Source of the DNA: an uncultured Planctomycetales bacterium
Lineage (GTDB): Bacteria > Omnitrophota > Gorgyraeia > Zapsychrales > CAYRXT01
Assembly (NCBI GenBank): GCA_964428315.1
Contig: CAYRXT010000010.1
Span: forward strand, 3,523-67,522
Length of the DNA stretch: 64,000 nt
Direction of reading: 5' to 3'
Part shown: piece after piece, positions 57,611-64,000 of the stretch
Position numbering within the stretch: the stretch's first letter is position 1
Layout: each line of letters begins with the position of its first letter
Position numbers and translations under genes: made by a program
Notes under the pieces: model-generated
Databases searched by the model: none
Told to the model about the DNA's origin: nothing
What the model saw: only the letters and a program-made list of their open reading frames with translations

Positions 57611-59710
57611 CTAATAAATTTCTCTGGATAGATTTTTGATCTGCTCCATCTCTTTCCGCGTGGCCTCCTCACCCCTTTCGACCAATTCGCGGACCCGGTA
57701 AAATTCGTACCAGTCTATATCGAAAAGGTCTGGATGGATAAGGATATCCGCCTGCCGGGCATTCTGCTCCGCTATCATGTATCCCGTCGCCTGGAGGGTT
57801 CGGACCATGATGTCTGAAATGTTGGGCAAAAACATGCGGCGCGCGAAGCGGCGTAAACGGACCGCCAGATATCGGACCGGAGAGGAACAAAACCGCACCT
57901 GCGACTCCATGTCATAGATGGACTTGAGCCGCTGGAAATTCCGCAGGACGTCTTGCGGAGACGGCATGACATTGACCGCGATGATCTTTTTAATGCCGAA
58001 ACTGGCGCATACATTCGTGGGCAGAGGATTCAAAACTCCTCCGTCAATGATCAGCCGGTCCTCATTACGCCGCGGCTGGACGACGCCGGGAATGGCGATG
58101 CTTTCCATGAGGGCGTCGATCAAACGGCCGCCCTGATGGACGAGCTCTTCTCTGCGGGACAGATCGTAAGAAACGATCTTTAGGGGAACGCGCGTGGCAT
58201 AAAACGTCCTGCCGCCGAGTTTCTTTTTAAGCCAGCGCCGGATAAAACGTCCACCCATAATCCCGCTCTTAGGAAAGACCGGATCGAACAAGGAGAGCGT
58301 CTTGAACCTGCTTTCAAATTCACCGGCCAGTTTAGCGACCTGGTCGGCTGAATATCCTACGGCCCAAAGGGCCCCGATAACCGCACCCATGCTGCTGCCG
58401 ACGATCATATCGACGGCGATATTCTCTTCTTCCAACTGCCGCAGAACACCGATATGGGCAATCCCCAGGGCCGCGCCTCCTCCGAGGACAAGACCGACCG
58501 ATGAACCAGCTATTTGCCTGGCAATCGCTTTAACAGCTCTGGCATATTCACTGTCCCCGGCCGGAAGGCTAACCTGCAGGGCCTCCGACACGTTGGCCTT
58601 TGTCAGTTCTCCCGGATGGATATATGGCAACTTCATCAAGATATCATAACCGAGAAGCCGGCTTATGGCCTCATGGGAAAGGGAAACCTCAGCCGGGACG
58701 CCGCGCACTATAACCTGGACGCGCTCGATATCGGGGGCCCTTTCCTCTTGCTTCTTCAGTTTATCCAAGACCGAACGCAGGCTGGAGGTATCGGAAGACT
58801 TCTCCCCTATCAAAAAGTGCACACGGTCCGATTGTGTGAGGGTCTTCATGACCACCTCGTCCATTTCGTTAGGCAGATCGACAATAACGTAGTGGTAGTC
58901 ACAGGCCAAGGTGCTCACAAACCGGCTGATCTCCTCGACCAGAGTAGAATCGTCGGGATCGACAGCCACGTTCAAAAGGTCGACATGTTCCAATCGGCCG
59001 GCGATTGCCTTTCTGATCCGTTCATCATCCGCCATGATCTCCTTAAGGGGCAGGGCTGCGCGTTTCCATTGGGGCGACGCACCTTCAGCTCGTGTTCCGG
59101 TTTCAAACGGCGAAGAGTCCTGGGGCACAAGAGGATTCATATTCACCAGGACGACGCTCCTGTGGCTCTCCTTTTTGAGGGCGATGGCAAGATTGAGGCC
59201 ATAGGTAGAACTGCCGGCATCTTTAAGCGGGCTGTAAACGGATATGATCGTGGTTTCAAATACGGAGCCGCTGCGGGCCTCGCGGGTTTTGATGCGCCGA
59301 GAAAGACTCCGGCTGAATTCAACGCCCAGGTGCGGGATCGATCGAAAAAAGGCCATGAAGTCCTCTTTGGCCATCTTCAAAAGAAGAGAATCATTGATCG
59401 CCTCAAAAGTCAGGGTTTGCGCTTCTCCCGTAAGGATCGAAACAAGGCCGAAAAACATTCCCCTGTGGAGATAATCGACGATCTGTTTAGATCCGTCGGG
59501 ATCGCTTTGAAAGGCCTGAAGTCTCCCGCTAACCAGACAGAAAAACGCATCCGGCTCACCACCCTGCCGCAGGATGATCCCGCCCTTTTTAATGCGCACC
59601 AGTTCGCACCGGCTGGCCAACGCATGCAGGTCCAGTATGTTCAGTTTTCGGAAAATGGGAATGTGCCGGATCAGGGAAATCTTATGGAAGGTATCAGAAA
59701 AGTCATTCAT
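57611..59710 (-). CDS. three-domain protein: cyclic-nucleotide-binding + degenerate ParA/MinD-like + patatin-like phospholipase
   Basis: N-term cNMP fold (LVRIKKGGIILRQGGEPDAFFCLVSG). Middle MinD-like with degenerate P-loop (SPLKDAGSST). C-term GLVLGGGAALG, GSSMGAV (GxSxG), DGG patatin motifs. Confidence 0.65.
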   Translation of the reverse strand: MNDFSDTFHKISLIRHIPIFRKLNILDLHALASRCELVRIKKGGIILRQGGEPDAFFCLVSGRLQAFQSDPDGSKQIVDYLHRGMFFGLVSILTGEAQTLTFEAINDSLLLKMAKEDFMAFFRSIPHLGVEFSRSLSRRIKTREARSGSVFETTIISVYSPLKDAGSSTYGLNLAIALKKESHRSVVLVNMNPLVPQDSSPFETGTRAEGASPQWKRAALPLKEIMADDERIRKAIAGRLEHVDLLNVAVDPDDSTLVEEISRFVSTLACDYHYVIVDLPNEMDEVVMKTLTQSDRVHFLIGEKSSDTSSLRSVLDKLKKQEERAPDIERVQVIVRGVPAEVSLSHEAISRLLGYDILMKLPYIHPGELTKANVSEALQVSLPAGDSEYARAVKAIARQIAGSSVGLVLGGGAALGIAHIGVLRQLEEENIAVDMIVGSSMGAVIGALWAVGYSADQVAKLAGEFESRFKTLSLFDPVFPKSGIMGGRFIRRWLKKKLGGRTFYATRVPLKIVSYDLSRREELVHQGGRLIDALMESIAIPGVVQPRRNEDRLIIDGGVLNPLPTNVCASFGIKKIIAVNVMPSPQDVLRNFQRLKSIYDMESQVRFCSSPVRYLAVRLRRFARRMFLPNISDIMVRTLQATGYMIAEQNARQADILIHPDLFDIDWYEFYRVRELVERGEEATRKEMEQIKNLSREIY

Positions 59711-59872
59711 CGTGTATCGGCCTGCCCTCTGTAAGGCGCCGCGATCTCTTTGATTTCACGAAACCGAACGCACCCTTCCCGCCTTCACGTTTTTGGCAGC
59801 CAGACCGACCCCCGAAGTCGTTCACGCATAAAGGATCCGGATGGGGCAGGGCGCGGGTCATGTCCCCCCCTA

Positions 59873-60409
59873 TCAGATAAACTCGAATGATTTGATCATA
59901 TCCTTGATGATCGGTAAGTACTGGTCATAACTTTGAACAATGGCCGTATAGGCGAAGATATAGACCTGGTCCCCCCTGATCGTCCAGATCTGATAGAATC
60001 GCATAGTCACGTTGCGTTCGCGGAATTCATAGACGATCCGGTGCGCCGGGTAAGAGCCCATGCGCGCAGAAGAGGATTCGATCATATTCATGACGGGTAA
60101 AATGGCGCGCATATGTTCAATCATGGACCGGCTGTACTGCTGAAGGGTCAGGTCCCTTCCTGAAATATCCTGGACGGTCAGGCTGACGTTTTCCCGGAAG
60201 GGATCTTCCGGCGACTCTGCAGGAGCCGCAAAGGTCACGATGCTTTCCATTATCCTTTCGCGTTTTTCCCACGACCGGGGATATTTGATCCGAAAACCGT
60301 GATCGGGGCTGTAAAAATAACTCCACGCCACCTGCGAACAGCCGGCAAGGCAGACAGCAAGGGCTACAGCTAAAGCCCAATCCTTTTTCTGCCGTTTTGT
60401 CACAATCAT
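59873..60409 (-). CDS. lipoprotein (possible PsbP/DcrB-like fold)
   Basis: Signal + lipobox LAGC. Confidence 0.45.
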   Translation of the reverse strand: MIVTKRQKKDWALAVALAVCLAGCSQVAWSYFYSPDHGFRIKYPRSWEKRERIMESIVTFAAPAESPEDPFRENVSLTVQDISGRDLTLQQYSRSMIEHMRAILPVMNMIESSSARMGSYPAHRIVYEFRERNVTMRFYQIWTIRGDQVYIFAYTAIVQSYDQYLPIIKDMIKSFEFI

Positions 60410-60449
60410 ATCAATCCGAGGACTTCCCCGATCAACCGGGGGGCAGAGA

Positions 60450-60959
60450 TTAAAATGCCAGATCCGTATTTTCCTCTTCCTGTCCCTGTTTCTTTCTGGC
60501 TTTTTTCATGACATCGCGGATAACCGTAATGAGGATATCCGTGGTGAAAGGTTTGGAGATGTAGTCTTCCACGCCGTAGGCCTTGGCCGCTCGTTCGGGA
60601 TTGCGTTCATCAATGATCTCGCCTCTCTCTTTGGCCATAGGATTGCCCGGCAACCACTGGAACTGGTCTTTTTTCCTGTTATACACCATCTCCCCCTTGC
60701 CGCTGATGACAATAATGGGAATATTCTGCGTCTCGGGCTCTTGTTTGAGACGGCCCGCGATCTCCTGGCCTTTCTTCTGGGGCATAACGTTATCCAGCAG
60801 GACGAGATCCGGTTTCTCCGTCCGTATAAGTTCTTCTGCCGCCAGCGGGTCGGTCGAAGTGACCACCTGATACTCCCCGGTCTCCTCCAGATTGGCCTTG
60901 ACCAGGGCGCAAAGGTCTTGTTCGTCGTCGATCATGACAATCTTAACAGGATCAGCCAT
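60450..60959 (-). CDS. single-domain response regulator receiver protein
   Basis: KIVMIDDE...DLVLLD..MP with insertion. Confidence 0.7.
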   Translation of the reverse strand: MADPVKIVMIDDEQDLCALVKANLEETGEYQVVTSTDPLAAEELIRTEKPDLVLLDNVMPQKKGQEIAGRLKQEPETQNIPIIVISGKGEMVYNRKKDQFQWLPGNPMAKERGEIIDERNPERAAKAYGVEDYISKPFTTDILITVIRDVMKKARKKQGQEEENTDLAF

Positions 60960-61096
60960 ATTATTTTCCTCCTTTGTTTTTTATACGCCCTTCCGCTTCT
61001 CTAGATGCTGAATGCAGAAGTTGAGAACTATATGATTTTTATTATATACTGCATGACCGTCTTTCTGCAATGCCGTTTAAAAGAAACAGACTGGCC

Positions 61097-62749
61097 TCAT
61101 TTCGTCACGGGCAGAGTGATAAGAAAGCGCGTTCCCTTGCCAGGGACGCTCTTCACCTCGATCTTTCCGTTATGCCTCTCGATAATCAAATAGGCCGTAC
61201 TCAGCCCCAATCCCGTCCCCTTCCCCGGCTCTTTCGTCGTATAAAAGGGATCGAAAATAAAAGGCAAATCCTCCGGAGAGATACCTTGGCCGCTATCTGC
61301 GACCTCGATGAGGCAAGAGGCGCCGGTCTCTTCATTGGGATCCGGCTGCGCACACAGGGTCACTGTGAGTTCGCCCCCTGAAGGCATGGCATCAATCGCA
61401 TTGGAAAAAACAACAAAAAAGACCTGGGTCAATGCGACCGAATCTCCGGAAACATAGAGCGGGGCCTGTGAAACAGGGGTAACCTTGACGCTGATCCCAT
61501 GATTCCCCAGTTCACTTTCAAGCAGTATCAACGCCTCGTTTATCACCTCGTATACGTCAAGTCTTGTCAACTTGATCCGGGTCGCCCGCGCAAACGTCAG
61601 CAACGTGGCAATCACCCTGTTCGTCCGGCTGGCGGCATTCTTGATCATAGTCGTGTACGTCTTGAGAGGAGAATCCCGGGCAATGTCTTTATCCAGCCTC
61701 TCGACCCCCTGCAGGATAATGGCCAATGGATTTTTAATTTCGTGCGCAATCCCCGAAGAAAGCGAACCGATAGCCGCCATCTTCTGGCTCTGGACGAGTT
61801 CTTCCTGCGTCTCTTTCAACTCTGCGTTAACCTTTTCCAGGTCGTGCAGCATCTTTCTGAGCACTCGTTCGTTAACGGCCAGATCACGGTTTGCCTCTTC
61901 CAGGGCTAGGCGTCTCTTTTCCAGTTCATTCTCCATTCTCTTTCTCTCAGTAATATTCAGACCATAGAGATTGGCGTACAGGCTCTCGGGCACCGGCGTA
62001 ATGTGGAACAAGAAGATGTCTTCGTCAACAGGCACTTCAAATTCCATTACCTCGTTATTATGGATCGCCGCCGAAATGACTTCAGCCCACCTCTCAGGAA
62101 CCTCACCGCCTCTTCCGGTCCTAAAACGGGAAAGCAATCTATTACTGGCCTCATTGGCGAAAAGGATCTTTCCTTCCGCCGACACCCTGAGGATCTTATT
62201 GATGTTTTCCGCCGGAAATTTCGCCAAGGACTTCACTTTTTCTTCTTCCTGCTTCTCCCTCGTGACGTCCCTGTCCACACCCCGGTAACCGATAATCCTC
62301 CCCCGGTCGTCCAGCCGCGCAAATCCCCGGACCTGCACGACAACCTCGGCCCCCGATTTATGGCGCCGGCGCCCCTGCTCTTTGATTGTCAGGACATTCT
62401 CTTTTAACATCCGCAGAGAGTGCTCCTTCAACCTTAGGCGGTCCTCGGAAAAACACAGGTCATAAAAATACATGCGGTTAACAATCTCTTCGGGTTTGCA
62501 CCCCAGGATGTGCTCCACCGCCGCACTGGAATAAACGTATTTCCCGTACGCATCAGTCTCCCATATCCAGTCCAGCGAACCGTCGGCGATATGGCGGAAC
62601 CTTTCTTCGCTTAATTTCATTTTCCCAATCATAGTTCTCTGCTGGCGGATAAAGATAAGGAGGAGGACAAGGATGAGGCAGGCTGCCATAAACAGCGTCT
62701 GCTGGGTAACGAGGAATTTTTCTATCTCGTAAAGGTTAAGGGATTCCAT
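61097..62749 (-). CDS. membrane-anchored PAS sensor histidine kinase
   Basis: N-terminal TM, two PAS-like segments, HisKA SGIAHEIKNPL, HATPase (DSGQGI, GTGLGL). Confidence 0.8.
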   Translation of the reverse strand: MESLNLYEIEKFLVTQQTLFMAACLILVLLLIFIRQQRTMIGKMKLSEERFRHIADGSLDWIWETDAYGKYVYSSAAVEHILGCKPEEIVNRMYFYDLCFSEDRLRLKEHSLRMLKENVLTIKEQGRRRHKSGAEVVVQVRGFARLDDRGRIIGYRGVDRDVTREKQEEEKVKSLAKFPAENINKILRVSAEGKILFANEASNRLLSRFRTGRGGEVPERWAEVISAAIHNNEVMEFEVPVDEDIFLFHITPVPESLYANLYGLNITERKRMENELEKRRLALEEANRDLAVNERVLRKMLHDLEKVNAELKETQEELVQSQKMAAIGSLSSGIAHEIKNPLAIILQGVERLDKDIARDSPLKTYTTMIKNAASRTNRVIATLLTFARATRIKLTRLDVYEVINEALILLESELGNHGISVKVTPVSQAPLYVSGDSVALTQVFFVVFSNAIDAMPSGGELTVTLCAQPDPNEETGASCLIEVADSGQGISPEDLPFIFDPFYTTKEPGKGTGLGLSTAYLIIERHNGKIEVKSVPGKGTRFLITLPVTK

Positions 62750-63095
62750 TAGGGATAAATCTTACGAGTTCTTATAGTTATAGAAATATTAACATAGAAT
62801 TTTTTTCAAAACAAACAAAATGCGCATAATTGCCCGGCGATATGAATTCCGCCGGTCTCGGATGACCGGGCTGACTCTCAAGAGCAAGAGGGCAAGCAGG
62901 TAAATCCCTTTAACCCGCGACGCACCGTATAGAGATGCATCACGATGGTCCCGACGGACAAGGAAATGGACCTTACACGGTTTTGGAGAAGACATCCGTG
63001 GAAAGGTGGCGCTTGAACCGCAGAGTTCAACTTGGGATGTATACGGCAGGAAAGATCTTGGCGTGTTTTTTCAGAAGGCCATCACGCGGCCCGTC

Positions 63096-64000
63096 TCATG
63101 GCCGCGTCCTGGCACACAGGACCCGCGTCTTATTCTCGATCGTCGAGAGCAATGAATTGAAAGACCCCTCGAAGGCACGAACGCCCTCGTCCAGCAGACG
63201 GCGGCAGATCTCCGTCAGGTCGATATGTCTTGTTTTCAGATCTTCCATTATTTCCCATGCCGTATCAAGTTCCGACAAAGTGGCCTCCCGGACGGTGCCG
63301 TGATCCAGGAAGGCCTCCAGGGTCTTTTCCGGGACTGTATTGACCGTCGGCCGGGCAATAAGCTCTTCGAGATATTTGACGTCGCTGTAGTCCGTATTTT
63401 TTGTTCCGGTCGATGCCCACAACACTCTCTGGCAACGCGCGCCCCGTTCCTGAAGATCCCTGAATTCGCCGCCTGCGAAAATCGTCCCGAACTGTCCGAA
63501 TATGAGCTTGGCGTTGGCTACAGCGCTCCGGCCCATAAGGTTTCTTGCTTCGTCTCCGGGAAGAGTATCCTGCAATTGACGGTCTACAGCCGTGTCAATC
63601 CGGCTGACGAAGACGCTGGCCACCGAGTGCACCGTTGTGAGGTCACCCCCCTTGTGTGCCCAACGTTTCATCCCCTTCAAAAAGGCACGCGCGGCACGGG
63701 TGTACTGTTCCAGGGAAAAGATCAAGGTCACATTCACGTTCACGCCGCTGGCCAGCAGTTCTTCAACAACAGGGAATCCCGCCGGTGTCGCCGGAACCTT
63801 AATCATGACATTCCGCTCCCCCACCTTTGCAAAAAGCCGAAGCCCTTCGCGAATGGACTCCTCTGTGTTACCGGCCAATCGCGGATCGATCTCCAGGCTG
63901 ACGTAACCATCGATCTTATCCGTAGACTCGTATACCGGACGGAACATCCTCGCCGCCGACCGGATATCCCGGGTTGTCAATTCATCGTAAATGGCGAAAG
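63096..64000 (-). CDS. tal: transaldolase (5' part lies beyond window end)
   Basis: NVMIKVPATPAGFPVVEELLASGVNVNVTLIFSLEQY; ORF open to window edge. Confidence 0.8.
   Translation of the reverse strand, partial: FAIYDELTTRDIRSAARMFRPVYESTDKIDGYVSLEIDPRLAGNTEESIREGLRLFAKVGERNVMIKVPATPAGFPVVEELLASGVNVNVTLIFSLEQYTRAARAFLKGMKRWAHKGGDLTTVHSVASVFVSRIDTAVDRQLQDTLPGDEARNLMGRSAVANAKLIFGQFGTIFAGGEFRDLQERGARCQRVLWASTGTKNTDYSDVKYLEELIARPTVNTVPEKTLEAFLDHGTVREATLSELDTAWEIMEDLKTRHIDLTEICRRLLDEGVRAFEGSFNSLLSTIENKTRVLCARTRP

Noticed and set aside
62750-63095. Intergenic region between histidine kinase start and transaldolase end scanned for sRNA/terminator
   Set aside because: Only short imperfect hairpins (ttgaac-cgcaga-gttcaa; gcggcc..ggccgc) without T-tracts. 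Nothing convincing.

Overview
This 64-kb window is a high-GC bacterial chromosomal segment carrying mostly core metabolism genes. Gene content (alternative-heme-type hemL-hemB-cobA/hemD fusion, Geobacter-like citramalate synthase, aPGM-like gene beside hom-thrC, DUF134) suggests an anaerobic Desulfobacterota-like or related uncultivated lineage, but taxon is uncertain. Core genes seen: ftsH (3' end), folP, cdaA, pdxJ, acpS, nnr, pfk, gpsA, hom, thrC, coaB-like, aPGM-like, cstA, lysC, cimA, valS, nadC, a xanthine-dehydrogenase-family molybdoenzyme (M-S-L) with mocA and xdhC, hemL, hemB, a hemC'-cobA-hemD fusion, sirC, and tal (partial). Three things stand out beyond the core genes. (1) The window has two accessory stretches. 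One is a glycosylation cassette at 4.2-11.7 kb: a TMTC-like TPR/GT-C protein with an N-terminal SEC-C zinc motif, a Dpm1/GtrB-like GT2, DUF354, GT4, a flippase-like protein and a PMT/ArnT-like GT39. The other is a second GT2 + large polytopic membrane protein pair placed directly after a Thr-Tyr-Gly tRNA array. Together they look like a periplasmic polyprenyl-phosphate-sugar-dependent (protein O-mannosylation-like) glycosylation system. (2) A 2.5-kb AT-rich islet is bounded by a perfect 40-nt direct repeat of the 5' half of tRNA-Pro(GGG). It carries a small-ORF/MNT/HEPN toxin-antitoxin operon, a PIN-toxin remnant and a frameshifted membrane-protein gene. (3) Several unusual gene fusions occur: hemC lacking its cofactor domain fused to cobA-hemD, and a cNMP-binding + degenerate ParA + patatin phospholipase encoded downstream of a PAS histidine kinase and a receiver. 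Also found: a minor-pilin cluster, GldAFG-like ABC genes, a PilZ gene, and an acidic membrane-anchored protein built of 15-nt tandem repeats. No CRISPR array, rRNA or integrase was found. All domain assignments come from reading motifs in the translations, not from database searches.
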